This document shows, piece after piece, positions 1 through 10,322 of a stretch of DNA of 64,000 nt. The translations under genes were made by a program, and so were the position numbers. How positions within the stretch are numbered: position 1 is the first letter of the stretch; each line of letters opens with the position of its first letter. The stretch covers positions 229,724 through 293,723 of the forward strand of contig JBDKTO010000074.1 in the NCBI GenBank assembly GCA_039680175.1, given 5' to 3'. The notes under the pieces were generated by a model. The model saw only the letters and a program-made list of their open reading frames with translations, ran no database searches and was not told where the DNA came from. The DNA is from Veillonellales bacterium. GTDB taxonomy: Bacteria; Bacillota; Negativicutes; JAAYSF01.

Positions 1-1
1 C

Positions 2-758
<757 letters not shown>

Positions 759-762
759 TTAT

Positions 763-794
763 AATGGGCTGCATCCTTAGGATGCAGTCCATTT
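763..794. repeat. Palindromic element copy A (13-bp stem, 3-nt loop) after pyrR
   Basis: The sequence aatgggctgcatcc-tta-ggatgcagtccattt shares the arms AATGGGCTGCA ... GGATGCAG(Y)CCATTT with a second copy at 2471-2503. Confidence 0.6.
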
Positions 795-1019
795 CAGAAT
801 GTAGACAAAAGCACAATCACTCCTGGGAATATGGTAAAATAGAACCATAGCTGGGAGTGATTTTATTGTAGGGGTCGCCAGCAAAACGCAGATTTCGTAC
901 GCTAAGGGAATTTTTACAACATTTGTATTGTCGGTTGCTTATGTATGAAGCCTGGCAAATAAAAAGTTACGCCCTGCTGTCCGATATGAATAGCAAGAGC
1001 GCTTTGCTGTTCACTTCCA

Positions 1020-2129
1020 TTATTTTTTATTGTTATCCCCAACAACATGTTCGAAACCAAAGCGTCTGTAATTATCCCAAAAAAGGCTACGATCTTCAGG
1101 AAATTGCGATGGTTCACTCAGGCGCTTTTGTTCATAAAGCGATTCTTCCTTCGGACGTTCTTCCACCAGCAGATCTTGGCATTGCTTGAGAAGCTCCGCT
1201 CCTTTGGAAGAGTTAGCCAAGATAAGCGATACTCCCAAAGGGTCAAACCATTCAGGGCAATATTTCTCAATTCCCCAATAATCCGCAATAGTCAAATCAG
1301 AAACGCGATGGACATCAGTAAACCGGCACTGCGAACAGGAAGGACGTGTGATAGCCCCAACTTTAAAGAATAACTGGTAAAAACGGTCATCCTCTTTTAT
1401 TTCCGGGCTTTTTTCTGTAGTAAAGAGGAGCCCTTTGTTGCTATTTGCACGACTCCACCCGGCTTTCTTCGAACGAAATTGTACACTGGCCAGCTTCCCA
1501 CCATTTTCTTTTTCCAATAACCATTTATATTCCTCCCAGATTAGCGGGCTTGGAATACTGTGACAAATCAAATCGCAAATATACAGCTTTTTCGTAAGCG
1601 GTGAATTACCCATAACTGCGCGCAACCCGGCTGCTTGGCAAGGGGTGCCGGTGAACAAAACGTTATAACCCTCTTGCAAATCAGCCTTAATCTCAGCGAA
1701 GGTATTACCCATATCGCTCTGCACATATTTAGAAATCCGCATCCGATCACGCTGCTCAGACGTTTCCGCCCGCCGATGAAGAATACGGAAGCCCTCATCA
1801 TAATCTACTCCATAAACAACGCCATTCTGCCCGAGAATAACATCAGAAATAGCAGTAAATGCGCCGCCAGATGTGGATTGCCGCAAAACCTCCTTTGATT
1901 TATGACGCGCCACGTAAAAGCAGGGGATACCACTTTCTTTGTAATTGCCTTCACGTGTCACCGGACAGATTTCGATACATCTGCCACAATCAACGCAAAG
2001 AAATTGATTGATATTAGGATATAGAAAACCTTCCTCATCCGGACTCATCGCAATAGCATTTTGGGGACAGATTTGCTCACAGGCACCGCATCCGCAGCAG
2101 TCTTCTCTTTTAGAAAACACCGAAATCAT
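1020..2129 (-). CDS. Coenzyme F420 hydrogenase/dehydrogenase beta-subunit-like (FrhB/FpoF family) iron-sulfur protein with an N-terminal 2x[4Fe-4S] ferredoxin domain
   Basis: 369 aa. The N-terminus carries CCGCGACEQICP and CVDCGRCIEICP ferredoxin motifs, followed by an FrhB-like domain. The RBS GGGAGG lies at 2137-2143 on the reverse complement. Confidence 0.7.
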   Translation of the reverse strand: MISVFSKREDCCGCGACEQICPQNAIAMSPDEEGFLYPNINQFLCVDCGRCIEICPVTREGNYKESGIPCFYVARHKSKEVLRQSTSGGAFTAISDVILGQNGVVYGVDYDEGFRILHRRAETSEQRDRMRISKYVQSDMGNTFAEIKADLQEGYNVLFTGTPCQAAGLRAVMGNSPLTKKLYICDLICHSIPSPLIWEEYKWLLEKENGGKLASVQFRSKKAGWSRANSNKGLLFTTEKSPEIKEDDRFYQLFFKVGAITRPSCSQCRFTDVHRVSDLTIADYWGIEKYCPEWFDPLGVSLILANSSKGAELLKQCQDLLVEERPKEESLYEQKRLSEPSQFPEDRSLFWDNYRRFGFEHVVGDNNKK

Positions 2130-2418
2130 CGATATACCTCCCTAAGAATTTTGATGGTATCAATCTTTTTATCTCGAATGGGTTGTACAAATTCCAATTC
2201 TAACACCTCATAAATATCATACACAACAACATAATATATCGAGTTAAGTATGATGTAAAGAATGGTAGCTAGTTCTTTATCAATCCCAGCAACGTCAAAG
2301 ACTTGTTGTATAAGGATTTGACGTTATAATGGTTTACCTGGCATGGGCAGTAACTTGGCGGTGAATGTTCGCTATGGACTTGATCGAGTTTGCCATACTT
2401 TACTTGCCTTTCTCATTC

Positions 2419-2458
2419 AAAAATGTCACTTTACGCTTTTGCGTAAAGTGACATTTTT
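2419..2458. terminator. Perfect 18-bp inverted repeat with a 4-nt loop, A-run on one side and T-run on the other (bidirectional terminator-like)
   Basis: aaaaatgtcactttacgc tttt gcgtaaagtgacattttt. Confidence 0.6.
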
Positions 2459-2470
2459 GTCTACGGTTTG

Positions 2471-2503
2471 AAATGGGCTGCACCATCAGGATGCAGCCCA
2501 TTT
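2471..2503. repeat. Palindromic element copy B (12-bp perfect stem, 9-nt loop) abutting the rqcH stop codon
   Basis: aaatgggctgca ccatcagga tgcagcccattt. It is related to copy A at 763-794. Only a short T-run follows on either strand. Confidence 0.6.
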
Positions 2504-2504
2504 C

Positions 2505-4265
2505 TTATCGATTTAATAACTTAGCAACGTAATCTGCTTTAGGCGTAACATAGATAGTATTCTGGCGCTCATAAATAACGAATCCGGGCTTAGCTCCCGA
2601 CGGTTTTTTTACATGTTTTCGCCGGGTGTAATCAACCGGTACATTGGCCGATTCACGGGCTTTACTAAAGTATGCCGCAAGCTGAGACGCTGCTTTCATC
2701 CCGCTTTCCGTTGGCGCTGCCGAATCGCAGCGCAGAATAACATGAGAGCCGGGAATATCTTTAGTATGAAACCAGAGATCGTTGGGCCGGGCAAGTTTAA
2801 AAGTTACAAAATCATTTTGACGGTTGTTTTTGCCAATGATAATAATAGAACCGTCCTGAGCAATTGCCTCGGTCGGCGAAACCGGAACCGGGGAAGCTCG
2901 CCGCTTTTTTCCTGCGAGCTTGATATATCCGGCAGCGCTTAATTCTTCTCTAATATCGGAAAGCTCGGCAGAAGCTAAAGTGGTAGTAAGAGCAACCTCA
3001 ATCGTTTCTAAATAGTCAAATTCCTGCTGACAATGGCTCAACTGAACAGCGAGGGATTCTTTCGCTCTTTTGAGCTTATTATATTTTGTATAATAAGTCC
3101 GGGCATTTTCCAATGGTGTCAACCTTGATTCAACAGGAATAGTAATCAACTGTTCATCCGGTTTGTCGCTGAACAGATTCGCAACAATAACCTGTTCTTT
3201 CCCGTGGGGAATATTATACAAATTCGCCATTAAAAGATCACCGTATTGACGAAAGGAATCAGCATCCTCTGCTTCGGCGAGCTCCTGATGCAAAATGGTC
3301 CGCTTACGTTCCAACCGGTTTAATTCAGTGGAAATAATTCTTACGAGTAACACTTGCTCAGGTGAAATATGATTGCCTGATAAGCCGGCTGCAAATTCAG
3401 CCGCATTACTCATTGAGGAATAGGAAGTAAAGCCGGAAGCATATTCTGCCTGCAAGTGACCGGGCTGAAACGCTGTTATAGCAATACACCGGTTGTTATA
3501 ATCGGCAACGACCGTCGGCGAAGTTTCATTATTCTGCAACGGTTGAATTAAACTTTGTATCGCATCTGCCAGGGAGTCGTAATCGGCCTGATCCAGGGAT
3601 TTAACATCAATGTCACAAGGCAGTCCGGCCCGCCAGATTATTTCTCGCGCGGTAACCGGACCAATGCCGATGCCGGCGGCAACAATTGACTTTGACAGTT
3701 TTCCTGTTATTTGAGTCACGGAGTGTAGAAATTCTGCAATAGGTTCTGTAAGAATATTACACTGTGATTGGCCGGGGGGAAATATGTATTCTTTTCCCGG
3801 CAGGACTTGCCGATAACGGCTCATATTTACACTAACCCGTTTAATCGCGTCGATGACAACATGATTGTGGGTAAAAATAATATTACTGTGCTTCCCCATT
3901 AATTCAGCAATCAGATAGCTAGTCGTAATCATCCCGTGTTCATCCCGTACGTCCACCGCCAGCGAGACGACTCTGTCTAAATTGTGCTGGGAAATACCGG
4001 CAATCCGTCCATCGGCCAAATGCTTCCGCAACAGCATACAAAAAGCCGGAGGTGTTGCGGGATTTTCCGGTACCGAAGTTGCGATATGAATACGGGGGCG
4101 TTCCGGATTTGCCGAAATAACCAGGCGGATATCTTCCCCTGATTGTCTGACCCAAATAATTAAGGTGTGCTTATCAAGTTGAAATATCTTACTGATTCGC
4201 CCGCCGGCAAGCCGATCATTTAACTCAAAGACAAGTGGTGAAAGAGAAAAGCCATCAAGATTCAT
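2505..4265 (-). CDS. rqcH: NFACT-family fibronectin-binding protein A / ribosome quality-control factor RqcH (YloA)
   Basis: 586 aa with N-terminus MNLDGFSLSPLVFELNDRL... typical of FbpA/YloA. It is divergent from a Ca-ATPase, as yloA-yloB are in B. subtilis. Confidence 0.85.
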   Translation of the reverse strand: MNLDGFSLSPLVFELNDRLAGGRISKIFQLDKHTLIIWVRQSGEDIRLVISANPERPRIHIATSVPENPATPPAFCMLLRKHLADGRIAGISQHNLDRVVSLAVDVRDEHGMITTSYLIAELMGKHSNIIFTHNHVVIDAIKRVSVNMSRYRQVLPGKEYIFPPGQSQCNILTEPIAEFLHSVTQITGKLSKSIVAAGIGIGPVTAREIIWRAGLPCDIDVKSLDQADYDSLADAIQSLIQPLQNNETSPTVVADYNNRCIAITAFQPGHLQAEYASGFTSYSSMSNAAEFAAGLSGNHISPEQVLLVRIISTELNRLERKRTILHQELAEAEDADSFRQYGDLLMANLYNIPHGKEQVIVANLFSDKPDEQLITIPVESRLTPLENARTYYTKYNKLKRAKESLAVQLSHCQQEFDYLETIEVALTTTLASAELSDIREELSAAGYIKLAGKKRRASPVPVSPTEAIAQDGSIIIIGKNNRQNDFVTFKLARPNDLWFHTKDIPGSHVILRCDSAAPTESGMKAASQLAAYFSKARESANVPVDYTRRKHVKKPSGAKPGFVIYERQNTIYVTPKADYVAKLLNR

Positions 4266-4445
4266 TTTAACCTCCCAAGCCTAAGCAACTCACATATGCC
4301 GCAAGACGATATTGCGTCCGGCAGAATATGTCTTACCGATTATAAATTCTCATTAGTATACCATTATTTCCAACAACCGGTCAAACCAGGTCTAATTATA
4401 TTTCTTTAGGAATAACATGGATAAAGAAAAACACTGATTAGCGAG

Positions 4446-7208
4446 GTGCTGGGATTGAACGGGAAAAACTGGTACGCACGTACAGCTCAGGAAGTACTTG
4501 CGTTTTGGAAAAGCAACGGGGAAAATGGCTTGTCGACTTCTGAAATAAAAGCCAGATTGCATGAATTTGGTTATAATGAAATGGAAGAAAGGAAAACTAC
4601 AGTTTGGTGGGAGCGCTTTTTAGCACAATTTCAGGATTTTATGGTATTAGTGTTGATGGCTGCAACACTAATTTCTGCATTTTTAGGGGAATATGCGGAC
4701 GCCATAACCATTTTAGCCATTGTAATTATTAATGCCATTTTAGGCTTTATGCAGGAATATCGGGCCGAACAATCAATGCAGGCTTTAAAAAAAATTGCTG
4801 CGCCCACAGCCCGGGTAATGCGGAATGGTACACTGCAGCAAATACCTGCCCGGGAAGTGGTGCCTGGGGATCTGCTGATGTTAGAAGCAGGCGATAAATT
4901 AGCTGCCGACGGCAGACTTTTTCTGTCGCAAAACCTGGAAGTAGAAGAAGCAGCCTTAACCGGGGAGTCTCTGCCCGTACGTAAATTTGCCGATAAACTG
5001 TACAGCGAAGATAGTTCCCTCGGCGATCGCAAAAATATGGTTTATGCCGGTACCAGTGTGTCCCGGGGGCGGGGCAGAGCAGTCGTCTGCTCCACGGGAA
5101 TGGCAACCGAAGTAGGGCATATCGCCGGTATGATTCAAGCAGCAGAACACGAATCTACTCCTCTGGAAAAGCGCCTGGAATATTTAGGACGATGGCTGGT
5201 CTGGGGATGCTTAGGTATTTGCCTGGTAATGGTTATTACCGGAGTTGCTAAAGGAGAATCTCTCTTCTTAATGTGCATGTCGGGTATAAGTCTGGCCGTA
5301 GCGGCCATTCCGGAAGGATTGCCGGCTATCGTTACGGTGGCGCTGGCACTAGGCGTACAGCGGATGATCAAGCGGAATGCCATCGTCCGCAAACTTCCCG
5401 CCGTCGAAACTCTCGGCTGCACAACAGTAATTTGTTCCGATAAAACAGGAACTCTTACGCAGAATGCCATGACGGTAAAAAAAATATTTGCCAATGATAC
5501 TTTATTTGACGTTACCGGGACAGGATATGATATAAAAGGAGGGTTCCTGGTTCATCAGCAAGAATTAAATGCCAAAGAAAACAAGGTCTTGCAACAGTGC
5601 CTGACAATTGGCGCTTTATGCAATAACAGTATGTTAAAACGAAATAATGCGGGCATAACCGGTTTATGGCGCCGCAGACATGACAGCGCCTGGTCCATTG
5701 AAGGCGATCCAACGGAAGGGGCATTATTGGTAGCTGCCGCTAAAGCAGGCATCTGGCAGTCCGAATTGGAAAAAACACAGCAGCGCATCAGCGAATTTCC
5801 CTTTGAATCGGAACGCCGCCGCATGTCGGTGATTTATGAAAATAAGGGTTCTTATCAATTGTATGTGAAGGGAGCGCCTGATACAATTCTGGGAATGTGC
5901 TGTGCTTACAGTAAAGAGGGCAGAGAGGTGCCTCTGTCAGCCCAAATTATCGCTGCCATTTCCGCCGCACATAATCAAATGACACAGCAGGCGCTCCGCG
6001 TTTTAGCCGTTGCTTATCGCCTAATCAGTAAAACCGATGCGGCGATACCGGATGAGTCGGTTGAAACGAAGCTGGTGTTTGCCGGCTTGATTGGCATGAT
6101 TGATCCGCCCCGGGAAGAGGCAAGACAGGCAATTGCTCTTTGTCGTCAAGCCGGCATTAAAACAATTATGATCACCGGCGATCATCGCAATACAGCCGTT
6201 GCCGTTGCCCAGGAGCTGACCATGTATAGTGAAGGGGTTCATTTGGCTCTGACAGGTAAAGAGCTTGATTGTTTAAGCAATGATGAATTGGGGAAAATAG
6301 TAAATCAGGTAACCGTATACGCCCGGGTATCACCATCGCATAAATTGCGAATTGTCCGGGCCTTGAAAAACCAGGGCCATATTGTCGCAATGACAGGTGA
6401 TGGAGTGAACGATGCTCCGGCAATTAAAGAAGCGGATATTGGAATCGCCATGGGGCGGACCGGCACGGATGTAACCAAAGAAGCATCGGCGATGATTCTG
6501 GCTGATGACAATTTTGCTACAATTGTTGCCGCCATAGAAGAAGGCCGTGGTATTTATGACAATATCCGAAAGTTTATCCGCTATTTATTATCCTGCAATA
6601 TGGGAGAAGTTCTCACCATGTTTATTGCTTCCGTGGCCGGATTGCCAATGCCGTTGCTGCCGGTGCAGATTCTCTGGGTAAATTTAGTAACCGATGGGCT
6701 GCCGGCTATGGCGCTGGGAGTCGATCATAATGATCATGACATTATGAACCGTCCACCGCGAAATCCGGCAGAAAGCCTGTTTTCCCGCGGACTAAGCCGT
6801 AAAATAATTACTCGCGGGTTTCAAATCGGCTGTTCTTCTGTGTTCGTATTTGCCGCCGCTTATTTTTTAAAAAATGATTTAGCCCTGGCGCAGACGATGG
6901 CCCTTACAACTTTAGTTTTTTCCCAGATGTTTCACGTTTTTGATTGCCGCTCGGAAATATTTACGATATTCGAAGTTGGGTTTTTACGCAATAAATATCT
7001 TATTGCGGCAGCAGGTTCTTCGCTTATTATGCAGCTGCTCGTGATTTATACTCCTTTTCTACAAGCAATATTTGGCACGGTGCCTATGGGCGTATATGAT
7101 TGGACGCTTGTATTAACAGTATCCGGCTGGACATTTTTGCTTAATTTGTTAAAACATCTTTTTTTCCGTCGTTATGTTGCACGTTCCGTACTGAACAAGA
7201 TACAATAA
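4446..7208 (+). CDS. P-type Ca2+-transporting ATPase (YloB-like, PMCA/SERCA-type)
   Basis: 920 aa with motifs DKTGTLT, TGDHRNTA and VAMTGDGVNDAPA. The start may instead be the TTG at 4455, which has RBS GAGGTG. Confidence 0.9.
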   Translation: MLGLNGKNWYARTAQEVLAFWKSNGENGLSTSEIKARLHEFGYNEMEERKTTVWWERFLAQFQDFMVLVLMAATLISAFLGEYADAITILAIVIINAILGFMQEYRAEQSMQALKKIAAPTARVMRNGTLQQIPAREVVPGDLLMLEAGDKLAADGRLFLSQNLEVEEAALTGESLPVRKFADKLYSEDSSLGDRKNMVYAGTSVSRGRGRAVVCSTGMATEVGHIAGMIQAAEHESTPLEKRLEYLGRWLVWGCLGICLVMVITGVAKGESLFLMCMSGISLAVAAIPEGLPAIVTVALALGVQRMIKRNAIVRKLPAVETLGCTTVICSDKTGTLTQNAMTVKKIFANDTLFDVTGTGYDIKGGFLVHQQELNAKENKVLQQCLTIGALCNNSMLKRNNAGITGLWRRRHDSAWSIEGDPTEGALLVAAAKAGIWQSELEKTQQRISEFPFESERRRMSVIYENKGSYQLYVKGAPDTILGMCCAYSKEGREVPLSAQIIAAISAAHNQMTQQALRVLAVAYRLISKTDAAIPDESVETKLVFAGLIGMIDPPREEARQAIALCRQAGIKTIMITGDHRNTAVAVAQELTMYSEGVHLALTGKELDCLSNDELGKIVNQVTVYARVSPSHKLRIVRALKNQGHIVAMTGDGVNDAPAIKEADIGIAMGRTGTDVTKEASAMILADDNFATIVAAIEEGRGIYDNIRKFIRYLLSCNMGEVLTMFIASVAGLPMPLLPVQILWVNLVTDGLPAMALGVDHNDHDIMNRPPRNPAESLFSRGLSRKIITRGFQIGCSSVFVFAAAYFLKNDLALAQTMALTTLVFSQMFHVFDCRSEIFTIFEVGFLRNKYLIAAAGSSLIMQLLVIYTPFLQAIFGTVPMGVYDWTLVLTVSGWTFLLNLLKHLFFRRYVARSVLNKIQ

Positions 7209-7241
7209 TACAGAGAATGGTTCACTTTGGAGGGTATTGAT

Positions 7242-8087
7242 ATGAAATTCAAATTCAGCAAATGGCAGGGCGCAGGTAATGATTTTGTAATTGTAAACGG
7301 ATTTGAAGAAAAAATCGAAGATTATAAGCAAACCGCCAGAGAAATATGTGACCGTCACTTTGGCGTAGGCGCTGATGGATTGGTACTGATTTTACCATCG
7401 GATACAGCTGATTTTCAGATGCGGATTTTTAATTCAGACGGCAGTGAAGCCGAAATGTGCGGCAATGTAACTCGCTGTGTGGCCCGTTACGTTTATGAAA
7501 CAGGTTTAACCGCGAGTAAAAAAATCACTTTGGAAACCAAGGCGGGTCTGATTAAACCGGAATTGATCTTAGCAGAAGACGGCATGATTCGTACTGTTCG
7601 TGTAGACATGGGAGAACCCCGCTTAAGCCGCGGCCAAATTCCCATGACCGGTAATCCGGCGAAACAGCCGATAAACATTCCGTTGCAGATCGCTGATACT
7701 GCTTATTCTATTACCTGCGTTTCCATGGGAAATCCCCATTGTGTTATTTTTGTCAACGATGCAGCAGCAATTGATTTAATGGCAACCGGTTCCATGATTG
7801 AAACGAATCCGCTCTTTCCGAAAAAAACGAATGTCGAGTTTGTCCAAGTTCTGGCAGAAGACAAAATACGCATGCGAGTCTGGGAACGGGGTGCCGGCAT
7901 TACTATGGCTTGCGGTACCGGTGCCTGTGCCGCTGCCGTTGCCGCGATATTAAATAACAAAATTAACCGGACGACAGTTGTTGAGCTTGATGGCGGACAA
8001 CTGGTCATTGAGTGGGCTGGGGATAATCACGTGTATATGTCGGGGCCGGCAGTAGAAGTCTTTCGTGGAGTTTATCTAAACAGATAA
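7242..8087 (+). CDS. dapF: Diaminopimelate epimerase
   Basis: MKFKFSKWQGAGNDFV... plus a GNPH motif. RBS TGGAGGG lies 7 nt upstream of the ATG at 7242. The ORF-track start at 7227 is a TTG lying inside the RBS. Confidence 0.9.
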   Translation: MKFKFSKWQGAGNDFVIVNGFEEKIEDYKQTAREICDRHFGVGADGLVLILPSDTADFQMRIFNSDGSEAEMCGNVTRCVARYVYETGLTASKKITLETKAGLIKPELILAEDGMIRTVRVDMGEPRLSRGQIPMTGNPAKQPINIPLQIADTAYSITCVSMGNPHCVIFVNDAAAIDLMATGSMIETNPLFPKKTNVEFVQVLAEDKIRMRVWERGAGITMACGTGACAAAVAAILNNKINRTTVVELDGGQLVIEWAGDNHVYMSGPAVEVFRGVYLNR

Positions 8088-8110
8088 ATATAATACTATT
8101 TTTCATACTT

Positions 8111-8134
8111 CAGGGCTTAACCGCCCTGTTTTTG
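8111..8134 (+). terminator. Intrinsic terminator after dapF
   Basis: cagggc ttaacc gccctg followed by ttttt. Confidence 0.6.
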
Positions 8135-8247
8135 TGCCGGTGAAAAAAGGAATTAAACGAAGAGAGTAGAAGTATTTTTAAATAAATAGGACTAATTATA
8201 AAATATACCGTCAATAATAACATACGCAAAGGAAGGTGCGACTTATA

Positions 8248-9132
8248 GTGTTAAAAAGCATGACCGGCTTTGGCCATGGTGAATACATGGACGAAAGCTA
8301 TCGCTTTACAGCGGAAATTAAAGCAGTCAATCACCGTTATAATGAGATTGCCATTCGAATGCCAAAAAATTTAGGCGCATTAGAAGATAAAATCCGCCGA
8401 ACCGTTGCAAGTTCCTTACGTCGCGGTCGTATTGATGTATTCATTACTGCGGATGAATATGGACAAAAGAAACGCCGCATAAGGGTTGACAAAGAATTAG
8501 CGATCGCTTACCATAATGCAATGAAGGATTTGGCAGAATTGCTGAATGCTTCGGCGGGTGATGATATCTATCAGATTGCCCAATATCCTGAGGTGCTTAA
8601 AGTTGAGGAAGCTGCAGAAGATATTGAAGCTTTATGGTCAAAGCTGGCTCCGGCGATTGACACGGCGGTAGCCAATCTCATGTCCATGCGGCTGGCCGAA
8701 GGAGCCAATATTCAAAAAGATTTATTGGCACGTATTGAAAAACTGGAGAAACACATTTTGCTAGTAGAAGAGAATGCCCCGCGAATCGTAATGGATTATC
8801 GTGAGAAGCTGCTAGGCCGGATGCGGGAAGTTTTAGCGACAGTCGGAGCAGAACCTGATGACACTCGTTTACTGCAGGAAGCCGCATTATTTGCGGACCG
8901 CACTAATTTTACCGAAGAATTAGTACGGCTCCACAGTCACTTAGCCCAGTTTAAGACGACCTTGCTGGCCGACGAGGCTGTTGGTCGCAAACTGGATTTT
9001 ATCGTACAGGAAATTAATCGTGAAACCAATACGATTGCGTCCAAAGCAAATGACTTTACAATCGCTAAAGTAGTGGTAGAAATTAAAAGTGAAATTGAGA
9101 AGGTCAGAGAGCAGATTCAGAACATAGAGTAA
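8248..9132 (+). CDS. yicC: YicC/YloC-family stress-induced protein (endoribonuclease-like)
   Basis: The GTG at 8248 gives M-LKSMTGFG, matching the conserved YloC N-terminus MxKSMTGYG. RBS AAAGGAAGGTG lies 9 nt upstream. Confidence 0.85.
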   Translation: MLKSMTGFGHGEYMDESYRFTAEIKAVNHRYNEIAIRMPKNLGALEDKIRRTVASSLRRGRIDVFITADEYGQKKRRIRVDKELAIAYHNAMKDLAELLNASAGDDIYQIAQYPEVLKVEEAAEDIEALWSKLAPAIDTAVANLMSMRLAEGANIQKDLLARIEKLEKHILLVEENAPRIVMDYREKLLGRMREVLATVGAEPDDTRLLQEAALFADRTNFTEELVRLHSHLAQFKTTLLADEAVGRKLDFIVQEINRETNTIASKANDFTIAKVVVEIKSEIEKVREQIQNIE

Positions 9133-9186
9133 TAATATAACACTCAGAGAAAATGGATTCTAATAGAAAATAGGGGGATTTTATTC

Positions 9187-9453
9187 ATGGAAATTAAACT
9201 TATTAACATTGGCTTTGGCAATATTGTTTCCGCTAACCGTATTGTCTCCATTGTCAGTCCCGAATCTGCTCCGATTAAGCGCATCATCCAGGAAGCTCGC
9301 GATCGCGGTATGCTGATTGATGCTACGTATGGCCGGCGTACCCGTGCCGTTATTATCGCTGACAGTGATCACGTAATTTTATCGGCGGTACAGCCTGAAA
9401 CTGTCGCGCATCGCTTAGTAAGCAAAGATACCAGCGATGACACTGCCGAGTAA
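9187..9453 (+). CDS. remA: DUF370 protein, RemA-like extracellular-matrix regulatory protein (YlzA)
   Basis: [55 protein letters not shown]... is a near-canonical RemA sequence. It lies between yicC and gmk, as in Bacillus. Confidence 0.85.
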   Translation: MEIKLINIGFGNIVSANRIVSIVSPESAPIKRIIQEARDRGMLIDATYGRRTRAVIIADSDHVILSAVQPETVAHRLVSKDTSDDTAE

Positions 9454-9475
9454 CACAGTGAGGAAGGAGAAATTT

Positions 9476-10093
9476 ATGGCGCAGCAAGGAGTTTTGCTTA
9501 TTCTTTCCGGTCCGTCAGGTGCAGGGAAGGGAACGGTGTGCCGGGAACTGCTGCGTAGCTGCTCTAAATTGAACTATTCTATTTCAGCAACTACCCGCCA
9601 GCCGCGAACCGGAGAAGTAAATGGAGTGAATTATTGGTTTCGATCGCCTGAGCAATTTAAGAATATGATTAAAGCCGATGAACTGTTAGAATGGGCTGAA
9701 GTTTATGGAAATTTCTATGGAACACCTCGCCGTCATGTATCGGAGTTGTTAGTCCATGGTGAGGATGTTGTACTGGAAATTGATATACAGGGAGCTATGC
9801 AAGTAAAAGAAAAATTTGCTCAGGGAGTTCTTGTTTATATTATTCCTCCTTCACTTGATGAGTTGGCTAACCGTATCTATAAACGTGGTACTGATAGCTT
9901 AGAGTCAATAAAAAAGCGCTTGAATTGTGTTAATGATGAACTATCTTATGTGAATAACTATGATTATGTGGTAGTGAATGATGAAGTCAGCCAAGCTGTT
10001 GAAAAAGTTCAAACCATTCTAAGCGCTGAGAAGTGCCGGGTATCGCGGAATCAGGATTTGATTCGCTGTATTCATAAATCCAATAACACATAG
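9476..10093 (+). CDS. gmk: Guanylate kinase
   Basis: [20 protein letters not shown] (P-loop). RBS GGAAGGAG lies 7 nt upstream of the ATG at 9476. The ORF-track start at 9437 is unsupported. Confidence 0.9.
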   Translation: MAQQGVLLILSGPSGAGKGTVCRELLRSCSKLNYSISATTRQPRTGEVNGVNYWFRSPEQFKNMIKADELLEWAEVYGNFYGTPRRHVSELLVHGEDVVLEIDIQGAMQVKEKFAQGVLVYIIPPSLDELANRIYKRGTDSLESIKKRLNCVNDELSYVNNYDYVVVNDEVSQAVEKVQTILSAEKCRVSRNQDLIRCIHKSNNT

Positions 10094-10106
10094 CAGGGGG
10101 AATTCG

Positions 10107-10313
10107 ATGATTTATCCATCGGTAGACACATTAGTCGATAAAGTCGACAGCAAATATACATTAGTGGTACTGGCAGCGAAGCGGGCGCGTGAACTTATGG
10201 ATGGGGCTGCGCCTTTGGTGGAAAGTAAATCCCATAAGCAGGTAACGGTTGCTTTGCAGGAAATATCACAGGAAAAAATCTCTTATGAACGCACCAAAAC
10301 AGGAATTAAATAG
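10107..10313 (+). CDS. rpoZ: DNA-directed RNA polymerase omega subunit
   Basis: 68 aa with ...[13 protein letters not shown]... It follows gmk as in the conserved gmk-rpoZ pair. Confidence 0.85.
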   Translation: MIYPSVDTLVDKVDSKYTLVVLAAKRARELMDGAAPLVESKSHKQVTVALQEISQEKISYERTKTGIK

Positions 10314-10322
10314 GAGGCCGCC

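Noticed and set aside
923-1373. Plus-strand ORFs 923-1189 and 1047-1373, and minus-strand ORF 914-1117
   Set aside because: They overlap the 3' half of the FrhB-like gene, which has clear ferredoxin motifs on the other strand. They have no RBS and are shadow ORFs.
4631-6535. Run of antisense ORFs (4631-5032, 4747-5106, 5135-5494, 5555-5824, 6021-6535) inside the Ca-ATPase gene
   Set aside because: They fully overlap a well-supported 920-aa P-type ATPase on the opposite strand, have no RBSs and are Arg/Ser/Cys-rich low-complexity translations. They are typical shadow ORFs.
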